Assembly (NCBI GenBank): GCA_022813965.1
Contig: JALDZS010000068.1
Location: 62,001-114,816 of the forward strand
DNA: 52,816 nt
Direction of reading: 5' to 3'
Source of the DNA: Toensbergia leucococca
Lineage: Eukaryota
In this document: positions 35,792 to 48,706 of the stretch, one piece after another
Layout of the letters: every line of letters begins with the position of its first letter
Numbering within the stretch: the first letter of the stretch is position 1
The notes under the pieces: generated by a model
What the model saw: only the letters and a program-made list of their open reading frames with translations
Told to the model about the DNA's origin: nothing
Databases searched by the model: none
Made by a program: the position numbers and the translations under genes

Positions 35792-38700
35792 TCAGAGCAC
35801 GATACCCAACTCGTGCCTATCTAGCCTCTCCTCATCCATATTCGGATAATACGGCACCATCCCATCCGCCCCCTGCACATACGCATCATTATACAATCTC
35901 CAATACGGTTGCCTCACCTTACGCGCTGGATGAAACAGCCCCGCCCAAACATAATTCATCACCATACCCGTCCCCACCGCCATCCTGATGGCATCAATCG
36001 CCTCAATGATTCGGTCAATGACGTGAGGCGATGTCTCGAAGAGGTTGGGGTACAGTAGGTTGAGCAGGTGCAGCATCGCGTCTTCGCAGCCGAGGCCAAC
36101 GACCCCGAGCGCGACGTGCTTGACGACGGAGGCGGCGGTTTGACGGTGGACTTGGTCGCGGTCAATGAGGGCGTCTTCGAGTAGCGGAGTCACAGCGTAG
36201 ACGTAATCTTTGGCCATTTCGCCAATGTATTCGAATAGGAAGGAGAGGGATTTGAGGACGCCGTTCTGCACGTTGAGCTCGGGCACACGGTATTCGTTCA
36301 TTAGCGCGGGCAAGACGGTGAAAGGCGCACAGGTCTCTGCTACAATGCCTATGGCCACAGCGGTGCAGACACGTGACTGACGTTCTTGGACTCGCAAGTT
36401 GTTCAAGAGAGTGGCAAGCACGTCTTGAGGGCCGATGGCTTTAGCGATGAAGCCAAAAGTATTATTGGCAGCGCGACGAATGCCCTTTTTGTGGGCCTTG
36501 AGCATGTCAAGAAGCTCAAAGCAGATTCGCATCCACTCCCTTGCGTTCACACTTTCAGGCCCACGATCTGCGATACGGCCGACAAGATCAATGGTGTTCT
36601 CTTGGACCTTTTCGTGTCGATTGCGAAGAATGGGGGTCAAACGTGGGAGGAGGTCCTTGATGGGAGGCTGCATGGAGTTGATACCAACGACTGTAACAAT
36701 GGAGCGCAGTGCACCGAGTATCGATCCCAGCACTTCTGGATACTCCTCTCCTAAGTATTCGTAGAGGACAATACCAAGCTTCCCCATCAGAGCATCTTCG
36801 CCACATTGCTTCATGACCATAGCGATGCGCGAAATCAGATCAGCCGCCTGCTGTCGAACGGTGGCAGACTTGTTGTTCAGCCGCCAAAGAATAGTACTGA
36901 CAATCTGTGGCAAGTAAGGCTTGCATCGAGTTCCGAGCGCATTGACGACCGTACCAAACCCATTGAGCATAACGATGTCTTCCACACTTTGCTCTTGGAA
37001 GGAGTGAAGGACTCCGTCGACAAGACGTTCTTCAAGTCGTTCCCCGATGTCTGCTGCGCCCAAACTAGCAATGACCTTTTCCACTGTCTCCAAAGTCATT
37101 TTACGGTAGGCCTCACTCTCATCCTTGAGATTGTTGACAATTCTCTCGACAATCTCGCCAACGCCAACTTTCTGGCCTAGGTCCACAGTAGTCTCGACAA
37201 CTTGCCTGTAGTTTCTCTTATCCAATGCCATTCGTCGAACCCAGAAGCTCTTGAAAAACTCGGTGAGCACATGTTCCTTCAAATAGCCAGCAGTCACACC
37301 ATCAGTACCAGCACATTGTGAGACAACCTTGAGCACGACTTTCTTCATCTCTTCGTCGGGTGATGAAAACTCTCGCAGGAGGATTTCCATGATCTGACTA
37401 GTGTAGTAGTTGGCGTATTCTTCGTCCATTAAAGGTATAATATACCCCACGGCCTTTAGGAAGCCTGCTAGACCCTTTCCTCGTTGCTTTCGTGCACCTG
37501 TCCAAAGAGGATTCAATATGTCATCGAAGCTTTCGATACCATATGGATTAGCTGCCTCTGCCAGAGCAGCTATCGCTAGACTGGTGACTGTCCGGACCTT
37601 TGCTTGCTCGTCGCTGAGATTGTCCCCAATACAATCCACTAAACCTTTCAGGTGCGGCAGAATAGCACAGCCCATCAATATAGGGATCTGTTGAACTATC
37701 TTGACACCGGTGTGCCGAGCCTGCCAGGACTTCTTGCTTCTACATACAGCTCGTAAGAAAGGTAGTAAAGCAGGAATACCAAGGGCCGACGCAACCACAG
37801 CAAAGGCACGCGCAGTAGTGTTTCGTACATACTCGTCGACGTGGTCAATATCTGGTCTCATTGTACTGATCATATGAGCTAGACCCGCAGCTTTGCTGAG
37901 ATTCGAAATGATCTCGCGGCCTTCAACACGAGCATAATAATCTTGATCGATGAGCAACGGCTCAATAACAACCAGAATTTTGTGGACGTAGGGACGCACC
38001 AGGTCATCGAGCTTGTACAAGACACGGTCAATAACCTTGACGAGTAAATGCCGCTCCTGATCTTCTAGGGTCTTCTCCATCAGCAGTGGAAGGATTTGAT
38101 TGAAAAGCGGCCCGGCGCCAAATTGCCGCGCATTATCTGTGAGCTGACGAAGTGCAGTCTTTCGCATTGGTGGAGTCCCATTCTTGACTTTGAGTAACAG
38201 ACGCATTATCTTCCTCTCCTTGAGCTCTTCGACTGACATCGCATTCTCGTCTGAACCGTCAACAAGCTTACCAAAGTAAGCCATATCTTCAGCCTTGAAG
38301 AATTGAAGGTCGCCGACCCCAGGAATTTCGGTAGGTAGCTGCTTTCCCATTGCTCGAGCATTCTCTGGCTCCTGCATCATGAATCCTCCAAATCCAGTTG
38401 CACTCGCTATAGGGGCGGGAGTGCTCATAAGCTTACGAGCGGGTGTACGAATGGGAGCGTATCCAGGAGGTGGGTCAAGCACTTTGTAACCTTCAGTCGG
38501 TAGCATGAGGTCGAGTTCTTCGTCCGATAGCGGGGCGTTTCGCGATGAGATATCCGTGCCAAAAGCAGTGGGGACCATGGCGCCGCTTGATTGCGATGGA
38601 TGCATGGGTGTTGCTAGACCCTGTTGACCAACCGGGGTAGCACCATCAAGTGAGGGCGCTTGATCCCATCGTGATCGTCTTGGGGTTGCGTCCACAACAG

Positions 38701-39541
38701 AGCCTGGGGGCATCGGTGTCTGATCCCATCGAGATCGCTTGGTCTTGGACTCAGACGATTCAGGGTCTTCCGGAACAGGTGTGCTTTCCAAGGAGACGTC
38801 CCATCGCTGCTTTCGCTTCCGCGCAGACGCTACAAGAGCTGTAGACCCAGCGTCCTTGTTTTCCTTGTCACTGCTATCCTCCCGCTTGAGCGTAGCCTGG
38901 TGCTCAACAATCCCATCCTCCCCTTTTGCCTGCTTTTCCGCTATGAGTCGCTTTATTCGCTCTTCTTCCCTATCTAAATCTCTGGCAGCCATCACCTCAC
39001 GATAGCTTTGACCTTCTTCCTCAACACCAGCCTGTCGATTGGCAGCGAATGGGTCTGCTCGGGTTGGTGTAAGAGGGCCACGGTTTAACCGGCGCTTCTG
39101 GTAGTCAGTCTCGCGGTCTGCGATTCTGGCAGATTTCTCACGCCCAAGTAATATGTCTTCCTCCTCCACTCCATTTCCCGTTGCGAATTCATTCATCTGT
39201 TCTTTAGTAGCAGTATACTGGCCGACAAGGCGTCGGCTAGTATCGCCATCAGCATCTGGCATGTCATCATCACCATCGATGGCTATGGTAGCGTTATATC
39301 CGGCAAATTTGTCTTCGCCATTCCGATCGTAGAGCTCGGTATCGAAGCTCTCGGTCAAGGAAGCCTTCGTCGATACGTCAGTGCGCTGGTTCGCAGGGTC
39401 GAAGGTCTTTGAACCTTTCTTCCCAGTGGCCGCAGCGTTTCGCTCAGCTTGTAGACGTCTGATCGTATCAAAGTCGGCTACGATATTTGTCAGTCTTTCA
39501 TCATTCCTAGGGTTGCAGGGTGCTCGTTTACCGTCGGACAT
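35792..39541 (-). CDS. SF3B1: U2 snRNP SF3b subunit 1 (SF3B1/Prp10/Hsh155), 2 exons
   Basis: RWD/ULM repeats ([23 protein letters not shown]), p14-binding region, [20 protein letters not shown] and HEAT repeats. True start MSD at 39541, with a 54-nt intron at 39531-39478. Confidence 0.97.
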   Translation of the reverse strand: MSDGKRAPCNPRNDERLTNIVADFDTIRRLQAERNAAATGKKGSKTFDPANQRTDVSTKASLTESFDTELYDRNGEDKFAGYNATIAIDGDDDMPDADGDTSRRLVGQYTATKEQMNEFATGNGVEEEDILLGREKSARIADRETDYQKRRLNRGPLTPTRADPFAANRQAGVEEEGQSYREVMAARDLDREEERIKRLIAEKQAKGEDGIVEHQATLKREDSSDKENKDAGSTALVASARKRKQRWDVSLESTPVPEDPESSESKTKRSRWDQTPMPPGSVVDATPRRSRWDQAPSLDGATPVGQQGLATPMHPSQSSGAMVPTAFGTDISSRNAPLSDEELDLMLPTEGYKVLDPPPGYAPIRTPARKLMSTPAPIASATGFGGFMMQEPENARAMGKQLPTEIPGVGDLQFFKAEDMAYFGKLVDGSDENAMSVEELKERKIMRLLLKVKNGTPPMRKTALRQLTDNARQFGAGPLFNQILPLLMEKTLEDQERHLLVKVIDRVLYKLDDLVRPYVHKILVVIEPLLIDQDYYARVEGREIISNLSKAAGLAHMISTMRPDIDHVDEYVRNTTARAFAVVASALGIPALLPFLRAVCRSKKSWQARHTGVKIVQQIPILMGCAILPHLKGLVDCIGDNLSDEQAKVRTVTSLAIAALAEAANPYGIESFDDILNPLWTGARKQRGKGLAGFLKAVGYIIPLMDEEYANYYTSQIMEILLREFSSPDEEMKKVVLKVVSQCAGTDGVTAGYLKEHVLTEFFKSFWVRRMALDKRNYRQVVETTVDLGQKVGVGEIVERIVNNLKDESEAYRKMTLETVEKVIASLGAADIGERLEERLVDGVLHSFQEQSVEDIVMLNGFGTVVNALGTRCKPYLPQIVSTILWRLNNKSATVRQQAADLISRIAMVMKQCGEDALMGKLGIVLYEYLGEEYPEVLGSILGALRSIVTVVGINSMQPPIKDLLPRLTPILRNRHEKVQENTIDLVGRIADRGPESVNAREWMRICFELLDMLKAHKKGIRRAANNTFGFIAKAIGPQDVLATLLNNLRVQERQSRVCTAVAIGIVAETCAPFTVLPALMNEYRVPELNVQNGVLKSLSFLFEYIGEMAKDYVYAVTPLLEDALIDRDQVHRQTAASVVKHVALGVVGLGCEDAMLHLLNLLYPNLFETSPHVIDRIIEAIDAIRMAVGTGMVMNYVWAGLFHPARKVRQPYWRLYNDAYVQGADGMVPYYPNMDEERLDRHELGIVL

Positions 39542-39756
39542 TTTGACGTAGAGTTTACTAGAAACGAAGATATTGTTGGCGTTGGAGCGGGCTCGTCCCT
39601 TGTTAATCGACAAGACAAATACTTTCTTATCAGAAAGCTGTTTGTGTTGAAGGCATCAGTTCTAGGGCATTATTGGTGGATGAGAAATAGGCACGAGGAA
39701 CGGATTATAACCATCGCAAATGTGGTGGAGTACTTCGTACATTTGACTAAGCACAC

Positions 39757-39766
39757 ATCACGTGAC
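39757..39766. promoter_or_regulatory. ATCACGTGAC bHLH (Cbf1/SREBP-type) E-box upstream of SF3B1
   Basis: Extended palindrome about 215 bp upstream of the ATG; function inferred only. Confidence 0.35.
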
Positions 39767-40348
39767 ATAACAGAAGTCACCATCTGAAGCTTTGGTTCAT
39801 CTTCGAGAAAATGATATGTACGAGTACTCCGGGGTAGTCTTCTACTCTACGAGTACAACGGGTTGTAACTGGGTGAAGGGTTTTGGAGCATCTCAGTAGC
39901 CTTCTACAATGCGATGGCTATTCTACCAGAAATTAATGAGATAATATCGACTACCTATGCTTGATATCCTCAGTCCCCTGGGAATTTGTGACTCAAAGAG
40001 ATTCAAGAGATAGATCTCAGGACAGGGCGAAGGGGCATGTTGTAATGCATGACCTGTACCTTAGATACTGTCAATTTCTCGGAGCTGATGGCGTACTAAG
40101 GTCTCAGATGGCTCTCGAACCGAAAAAATGTACTCGTATTCATAAAGTACCCCTGAAATCCGATCCTCTTGCTTTTATCGCTACTCAGGAATCTCTTACC
40201 TCTGCAATGGACTACCACCTCGTTTGAAAAAGTACATCCTCAGAGACAGTTTGGAAAGTAACCGCCCAAGCATGTAAATGGAGGTAAATTCAGATCGGAG
40301 AAGTTGCACAGAAGTGAGGCCCGCTAGAAGTGCTTCGAGCTACAATCT

Positions 40349-42467
40349 TTACCATGCGCTGACTTCAAAATTTTCCTAGAATGAACGTCAGTTTCTGGTT
40401 TACGATTACCGTTGGTTCTCGGTCCCAATTACCTCGGAGAAATATGTTGTAACAACAGTCCTATCCGCAAACTTCCTCCCGGCTAAGGACTGAAGCGCCT
40501 TGCGCGCAGATTCTGGGGTGTCATATTTGACATAAATCTTTCCCACGCCAGCGGATTGTCTGCTTCCGCCGCTCGGCCTCGGGACTTTCATCTCAAGAAC
40601 TTCGCCGTATTTGTCGCATTCTTCCTTGACATCCTCGCAAATTTCTGATATGTGTGAGAATTTCAAACTAGCTTGTTAGATATGGGTACTCGTGGTCATA
40701 CCTTGATAATCCTCATTATCTATCAGCTCTTCTGGAGTGACCATATTCAGGAGCTGCAGCACACGTCCTTCCTCGAGGTCATTCGATGTTGTGCCCGCAA
40801 GCATAGACATTGCGGTGACGCCCATTTCAAGACCGGAAGCTTGAGTAACCCCAATACTAGCACGCTGTACCTTGAGGTTTCTATCTCCGAGCTCCATACC
40901 GTTCAAGCCTTCGACCGCGATATCTGTAGCTGCAGAATCTAGGTATTCGCAAAAGGCAATTCCCTGTAGAGTTATGAGCATCAGGCCAGAGCACGACACT
41001 GATTGTACATACTCTAGACTCTTCAGTGCTATTGTCTTTCACAAGGACGAATGCTTTCAGCTGCCCAAAGGCGACTAGTAGTTCAGTGACTTGGTCGTCA
41101 GTAAGATAAAGTGGGATATTTGTAACGCTGATCTTATTTTGCGTGTCGGGAACCACTGATGAGACTGCTCCTTCTTGGTAGTCCGTATCGTCGGTGACTG
41201 AAGGGACGATGTAGTCTTTAGGCCGGCGCACAGAAAGACCTTGCGAGCCACCATTCGCTGTGCCATTGCTGGTTTCCATATCATCGCTGTCTTCCATCGC
41301 AATGCCGTCCAGAGCCAGAGCAACCGTTGTCTCCATAGGTGTCTTGAACTCCAAAAGCGCAAAAGTCCTGTCCTTGGAAATCTGAGCAGATATACAAGGA
41401 TCTAGTGCTTCTACCACATTCAGTCCATTGAGTTGAAGGTTGAAAAAGTTGATGATACTTTCGTCGGTAGCTGATAGTGGAAGATGGTGGACAAAAAGCC
41501 GTTTTGACTGTCGAGCATTGGATGGTTTGAGAGCTGCGTTACCGGCGGACCCGCTAGGCTGATTCATGAAAGCCTGTAGCCGACTTGGATCCATGGGCTG
41601 CTGGCGAGGAGCCCCTGGTAAGGGAAACATGCCTACAATTGAGGGTCAGCGTATTTGTATCAAGGGTAAGAGGAAGGCCCTGGGAATCAACCTGAAAGCT
41701 TGGCTTGCTCGGCAGTCACATTCTCATAACCAGGCGGCTTAATATCCCATTGCGTCAATCTTCGTTTCCTCTCGGTGATCGGTATAACATCGGTCAAGTC
41801 CGGTGTAGGCTCCTTCTTCTTTGGTGGAGGGCTGGCACTCTTCTTCCTGTCTCTTCCGCCCATCTGCATTGCGAATTCATCACGATCGCTTCTCCCACCC
41901 CGTCCACCACCTCGGCCACGATCGCTACGTCCCTCAAAAAGATCCCTATCTCTTCGCGGCGGTCTCTCATCGTCGTCGCGCCTAGCATCCCGCCTTGACA
42001 TTCCTCGATCAACCCTGTCACCTCTATCGCCTCTGTCACCTCTATCAGCCCTATCACCTCGGTCTCGGTCCCATGCCCTATCATCGCGACCATCTCTTCC
42101 AGAGTATCGATCCTCACGTTCTCGAGCTCGATAATCACGGCTAGAAGAGTATGAGTCTACTTCGAGTTCCCGGCGAGATGTTCTGGAGCTTCGATGCCCA
42201 GGCGATCTTGAGCGTCTTCGCTCGGCACCGCGATGGTTGTCTCGGTCCCGGTCTCTATCCCGACGATCATCCCTAGAGGACTTTGCAAAAGTTCGAATCA
42301 GTTGAGCACCGCTTCATAACATAAGGACATACATAGTGATCTCTTGATGACCCGTAACGTCCAGATTCGTCGGGCAGCGGATTATTTGAGTCATGCTCAT
42401 GTTTGCGGATTCGAGGTAAGGCAGTCGACGAAGCCATGCCCCTTGAAGAGTAGCTGTCGCCGTTCAT
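40349..42467 (-). CDS. U2AF2: U2AF large subunit (U2AF65), multi-exon
   Basis: RS/RD-rich N-terminus; ULM RKRRLTQWDIKPPGYENVTAEQAK; RRM1 (SKRLFVHHL); RRM2 (NKISVTNIP..RGIAFCEY); UHM (VLQLLNMVTPEEL..GVGKIYVKY..LAGRKFADRTVVTTY); end ENFEVSAW*. Confidence 0.95.
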
Positions 42468-42778
42468 GTTGGGACGGTCTTGAATGGTTCTGAATCGGCG
42501 CAATGAAGAGCCAACAATCTAAAAGGTAGCAATGACAATGAAGCAAGGTCTGTAGTCGTGCGAGGAGTGTTGAACATCTGAAGTGGTTGTCAAATGCTGT
42601 GCCTCATTTTTGTATCAGAAGAAACGATCGTGTCGTCCAGCATTCAGAGAGAAGCTTCAATTAGAATTAATCACGCTAATCCCAAAAGCGTATAGACTCA
42701 ATCCGATTTTCCATGAGCAACGCGAGACACGCGCCGAACGACTAGCAATGCCACGTTTTTAAGTGTCAGTCATATCTG

Positions 42779-44200
42779 ATGGCCATGGCCGCAACCCATA
42801 CACATCTATGGCGCAAGCTGCCTATGAGCTTGGCAGAGCTTTGTATAGACACCACACTTCGCTGCGGGCAGTCCTTTCGGTGCGTATCATGCCACTTCTA
42901 CCAATGGTCGTACCCTAATCGCGAACATTAGATGGAGAAAATCTGAGGATGGCATATGGTCCTGTGCCATTCGCGGACGCATCCTTTCTCTGCGTCAGGA
43001 CTCAACACACCTCCACTATCGTGCAGTATTCCTCAAGAGCTTCTATGCGCCTCTCACGCCTCCTTGCTCATCACCACCCTCTGCCGATGACATATTAAAA
43101 ATTGATGACGACGATGATGACACTGATGCGCTGGTACAGCACTACTTAAACCTTAGCCCTAATCTTACAGACTACTATGAGCAGTGGTCATGTGCAGACC
43201 TCAATTTCAAGAAGAAGGCCCCTAAGTTTGCGGGGATACGAATATTGAGGCAAGATGCATGGGAGGCCTTGATAGGATTCATTTGTAGTAGTAACAACAA
43301 TATTGCAAGAATATCTCAGATGGTGTGTAGGCTTTGGGAATATCTTGCGGCGAAATCATGCTCACGTATGCGGTACATTTAGATGGAGAAATTGTGCGTC
43401 CATTATGGTACTTTGATCGGCCACCTTGACTCCAAAGCCTACTACGATATGCCTTCTCCGTCCGCACTCGTCGGTCCAAACGTCGAAGCGCACCTTCGTC
43501 AGCTGGGTTTCGGGTACCGAGCAAAATATTTAAGTCAAACTGCAAAAATGGTGTCACAAGAGCACCCCATAGGCTGGTTAGACAGTTTACGGAACCCGGA
43601 AAGCCCATTGCTAGACTACAAACCTGTATATGGTGGCGAAATGCAACCCGGAGGAAGGATAGGGTATCGCAAAGCACATGAGGACTTACTGGCTTTACAA
43701 GGGGTAGGGCCTAAAGTAGCGGATTGTGTATGCCTCATGGGCCTTGGTTGGGGAGAGGCTGTACCTGTCGATACGCACGGTATGTGTTAAGAAGCCGATG
43801 CTTGTATTGGCATGATAAGTAAGGTAGCTAATTAAAGGGCGTAGTATGGCAAATTGCACAGCGTGATTACAAATTTGGCAAAGGTAAACATCGAAGCCTA
43901 ACGAAAGCCACCTATGATGCTGTAGGTAATCACTTTCGGGATCTGTGGGGTAAGGAGGCGGGTTGGGCTCACAGCGTTCTATTCGCTGCTGATTTGAAAG
44001 CTTTTGCGGAGAGGCTATCCACCAAGGTCGATATCAAAGAAATTGTGGTGAAAGAGGAAGACGACAGCACTACTGTAAGAAGTCATGTCAAGGCAGAGAT
44101 TCTAAAGAAGAATCGTGTAAAGAGAGAATTCGAGGAGAACGAAAAGCCTGAGACTGGCATGGGCACAAGAAGCACAACCAAGAGGAGGCGAAAAAGGTAG
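42779..44200 (+). CDS. OGG1: 8-oxoguanine DNA glycosylase/AP lyase, 4 exons
   Basis: LCIDTTLRCGQSFR|W, GIRILRQDAWEALIGFICSSNNNIARISQM, LGFGYRAKY, HhH-GPD motif LQGVGPKVADCVCLM..VPVDTH|VWQIA and AGWAHSVLF. Confidence 0.96.
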
Positions 44201-44893
44201 GGCGCAATGATGACTATTATCATCCATTGTCCAGATTAAGACTCACAGCGACGATTTACCTCAGATCTATCTATGTCTCTTGGTTAGTTAGATTAGGTGG
44301 GCAACAGGCAGTGTATGTATTTTTAATTGATGCTCCTTGTGGTTGGGCCACGCCACATGGATGGGATTGACATTGTATGATTACAGTACGGACTATAGAG
44401 TACAGAGTATATATACAGTGGTGAGACATGGAAGTTATGACGGTTAATGGGAGTGATGACTGCCCCACATATAGTCGTAGATGTGGAGTGGATGATGAAG
44501 TTCCGATCAAGTGAGCTAGACTGATTCGAGACGAAGTCGGCGTGCCGCTTTCTGCATCGAGACGGCACTCGACGGCTTCTCAAGCCCTCTTTGTCGTGAT
44601 TGGCTGACAGGGGTATAGGGGCATGCGATCTCCAAATTAGAGCACACCTCCTCCTCACATCACCAGTCACCACGTTCTTTACTCCTTCCCGCCGACCTCG
44701 CGGCCGCAAGACATTGACGACGTGCGACAAGAATCCCCGGCCAAGACAAGACTCGGCCGGATTACACGTCGCATTGTGTTTTGGGAGAGTCGTTCGTTTA
44801 TTTCACCATAATCACTCACCGCTACCCAACGCCATCCCCAAATCTGGATAACCGAACATCAATTCATCGTCAACCGTCGTCTCTGTCTGGCCG

Positions 44894-47800
44894 ATGAGGT
44901 CTTTCTCATTGCTTAGCCCGACGGCGGCTGAGCTTGCGTCCATCGTTCTATTGAGCGTGCTTCCGCTAACCCATGGAGTCAACTTCGATCCTGTTCCGCC
45001 CCCCGATCTCGACCTCTCGCAATTGGGCCGTGTCGCCCTCACCGGTGACTTTGATTCGATTTCTCTATACAGCTACAAGCAACAGAACGAGAATAAATTC
45101 AGTTCCAACGGCACTCAGTCACTCCTTACCCAGTTGCCCAACGGTGACTTCACGGCACTGGCCTCTGCTGACGCATCTATCGTGGCCATGTGTCCCTTTG
45201 TCCGGAAAGATGGTACAATGGCTGGCGTGGTAGTTGGTGGGAATTTCACCAGTTTGACAGTAAACGAAGCTCAGGGCGTCGTCCAGACTCAGGGGGTTGC
45301 CATGTTTAATCCAAATTCTTCCACAATCACCCCTCTTCCTGGGCTATCGGGGCAGGTCTCGGCGCTCCTCTGTGATCAAGATACAGACACGGTGTACGTG
45401 GGAGGTGACTTCAAAGGGGCGAATTCAACCAATGCGATTATCTGGGTTGGAATGACAGGGTGGGCAAATTTGCCTTTCGCCGGGTTCAATGGACCGGTTT
45501 CCTCGATAGTTAAAGCACCAGACGGTAATGTAATCTTTGGTGGATCGTTCGATGGCCTTGGCAACACAACCACTCCCACTCAAAAAGATGAGCAAATTAT
45601 CAATATTTCAACCGCTAACATATCCGCCGACGCGTCGACTTCAACGGCTGGGTTCAGTGACCCCAGTAATATAGTATGTAAAACGAATGGCCAGGATGGA
45701 ACTGGAAACACATGGCTGCTCGCAGATAATACACCAGGATTCTGGAGAGCAGATATGAATTTTGGGTATGAGCCTACCAAGCTGAGGTTATGGAACACTC
45801 ACCAGGATGGTCGAGGCACGAAAACTTTCCGGTTCACGGCTATGCCTATCAATGGCATTCTGAACTTTACCTACACAGATCCTGTGACTGGCCAGAACCA
45901 AACATGCGATGCGCGGTGTTCTCTTTCGGGAAATCAATCAATTGAGTATCAAGATTTTCACTTCGTCAATGTTATTGGCATGGATGGGTTTCGAATAGAC
46001 ATATCAGACTGGTATGGGTCCGGAGGCGGTCTCGATGGAATTGAGCTATTTCAAGATGGTAAGGACACTTGTCGTACTTCGTGACCAGAGCCTGGGCTAA
46101 CACGATACAGACATTTATGCCTACGCTGTAAGCAGCCTGAACGAGCCAGCCTGCGCAAACATCAATTTTGGCTCCAATTCCACTGCGACCGGTCCCTGGT
46201 CGGTGACTCCATCGGGACAAAGTATATCTCAATACTTGACCGCGGATTTCAGCGGGTCGGACATTAACTCGAGTTCTGCATCCGTGACATTTCAGCCGGA
46301 CATCAAGCAGTCAGGCAACTACTCAGTGACAATATATACTCCAGGCTGCGTGCAAGATAATAGTTGCAGTACCCGCGGCATAGCCAATGTGACCGGAAGC
46401 TTCGTCTCAGGTACTCAACCAAGTATGCCACTAGAGTCACGTCTATATCAAACAAACAATTTTGACAAATATGATCAAATATACTATGGCTACGTCGACG
46501 CTAACAGCGACACGTTCCGACCAACAGTTACGCTGTCTCCTGTCTCGGGTCAAAGCAGCGGAATCAGCCTAGTTGCCCAGCGAGTCCGCTTCCAGCTCGT
46601 TGAAACAGTAGGCGGCTTGAATGGCCTTTTTGAATTCAACACTAGTCAGGCGACAGTCGATACAGACTTTTCAACTTCGGCGATCGATCAAGCTGGGATG
46701 AATCTCGAGACAGGAGCCACTATAACGAGCCTGGCTGTATATCAAGGGACTACTTATGTCGCTGGTAACTTTTCTACGAGCGGCTTCGAAAACATCTTTG
46801 CGATCACCAATGGCAATTCGACGGCACTCCCAAACCGTGGACTGAATGCTGAAGTGTCTACTACGCTGGTTTTCGAAGATTTGCTCTATCTAGGTGGCAA
46901 CTTCACTAACACCACTGACAATTCCATCTCGGGCCTGACTAATGTCGCAGCGTTCAATACTTCTAGTCAATCATGGCAAGCACTCGGTGCTGGTGTCAAT
47001 GGGCCTGTGAATGCAATCGTACCCCTGATGTTAAACATTACCAACGGTCAACCAGAAACATGTATAACAATTAACGGTGATTTTAACCAAATACTGGCTT
47101 CGGGCTCCAGCAAGTCGATAACAGTACAGGGTCTCGCCGTGTGGGTTCCATCTCATAATAATTGGTTGCAGAACTTGAACGTTCAGTCAACGGCATTCAG
47201 TGGTCAACTTACCGCCTCGACAAATGTATCTGGAAGTAGTCCTCTCCTGGCCGGTACTATTTCATCGAAGGGTATGGGTACTAGTGATGCCGTCTCTCTG
47301 TCTACCTCCAGTCCAGTCGTTCTCAGCCCTCTTGGCATCCAAATCCAACCACAGCAGGTAGGGTCATCTTCCATGCGTAAGAGGGCTGTGAGTGGACAAA
47401 ACGTTACAGGCGCCGTGGCGGGTCTCTTTTACAACAGTGGGGGGCTCAACGTTACAATTCTTGGGGGTCATTTTACAGCAATTGCAAGCAATGGATCTGC
47501 AATCAACAACCTGGCGTTTCTCAACGAGACTAGCGGTGGCAGCGGAGTAATCACCGGAATTGGAGGCAACCTGAACGATGACTCCGTATTCTTAGCTTTG
47601 GCAACTCAAGGTAATACACTGTATGCAGGTGGGACGATCTCCGGGCAAGTCGATGGCGCCAGCGTCAATGGTCTCATCCTCTATGATCTCGTGGAAGCTA
47701 ACTATGTATCCTCACAACCGCCAGCGTTTGCTGGCACCGATGTCGCGGTCAATGCAATCACTACACGACCAAATACCGCTGAAGTTTACGTGGGGGGAAA

Positions 47801-48706
47801 CTTTGAGACTGCTGGATCTTACGGCTGTCCGAGTGTTTGCATGTTCGAGAACGGACAGTGGAGTCGTCCTGGAAGCGGACTCGGTGGGAGTGTCGCAGCT
47901 TTGACTTGGCAAGGCAGCGACACACTTCTAGCTGGTGGCAATCTTACGGTCAACAACAACGCTACATCATTGGCTAGTTACGACGTACATACACAGCAAT
48001 GGTCAGTTTTTGCTACTGCTAGTAGTGACGTTCCAGGACCAGTGACTGCTTTATCGCCTGCAAACAGTGCCGCGTCTGAATTCTGGGTCGCAGGAAAAAG
48101 CACCAATGAATCGGCATTCTTGATGAAGTACGATGGAAGCTTCCGCACAGTTGGAGATGTACTTGGCAACCAGACTACCATCCGGGGATTGTCAATCCTT
48201 CAATTGTCGAAAAAACATGGAAACAATGATCTGGTCGATCCTAGTATGATAGTTCTGGTCACTGGAGCATTAGATCTCCCCAATTTTGGCAACGCGTCAG
48301 CTGCGCTGTTCAATGGGACCACGTTCTCGCCCTTCATCCTCTCCACCTCCGGTAGTGGTCCGGGAAGTTTGTCCCAACTCTTTTCAGAGAAGCAAGTAAC
48401 TTTCAAATCAACTAGTAAGCATTTCGTGACAACGTATGTACATTAGTTACTGACATGTTCAAAGGTGGCCACCTGGCTGTAGGCTTCGTCGTGCTCATCG
48501 GTCTCGCCTTGGCACTTGGCGTCATATTCCTTCTTGTCGTCGCCGGCATACTCGTCGAGCGCTACAGACGTAAACACGAGGGCTACACTCGAGCGCCTAC
48601 AAACTACTTTGAAAAGACCAGCAACATGGGCCGCATCCCGCCCGAGCACCTTTTCGGTAGTCTAGGCCAGGGAGGGCGCGGGCCCAGGGAGGCGCCGATG
48701 CTTTGA
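44894..48706 (+). CDS. RAX2: Rax2 cortical cell-polarity landmark (type I membrane glycoprotein), 3 exons
   Basis: Signal peptide; LDLSQLGRVALTGDFDSISLY; repeated VGG-F beta-propeller-like units; many N-x-S/T sites; PTKLRLWNT; C-terminal TM GFVVLIGLALALGVIFLLVVAGI followed by a basic tail. Introns ~46059-46110 and ~48415-48464. Confidence 0.9.

Noticed and set aside
39542..39613. N-terminal extension [10 protein letters not shown].. of the 1273-aa SF3B1 ORF
   Set aside because: It starts at a TTG in the ORF track. The AAA-ATG-TCC-GAC start at 39541, followed by a canonical intron, fits better.
41990..42270. Short tandem-like repeats (CACCTCTATC..)
   Set aside because: Explained by the RD/RG repeats of the U2AF65 N-terminus.
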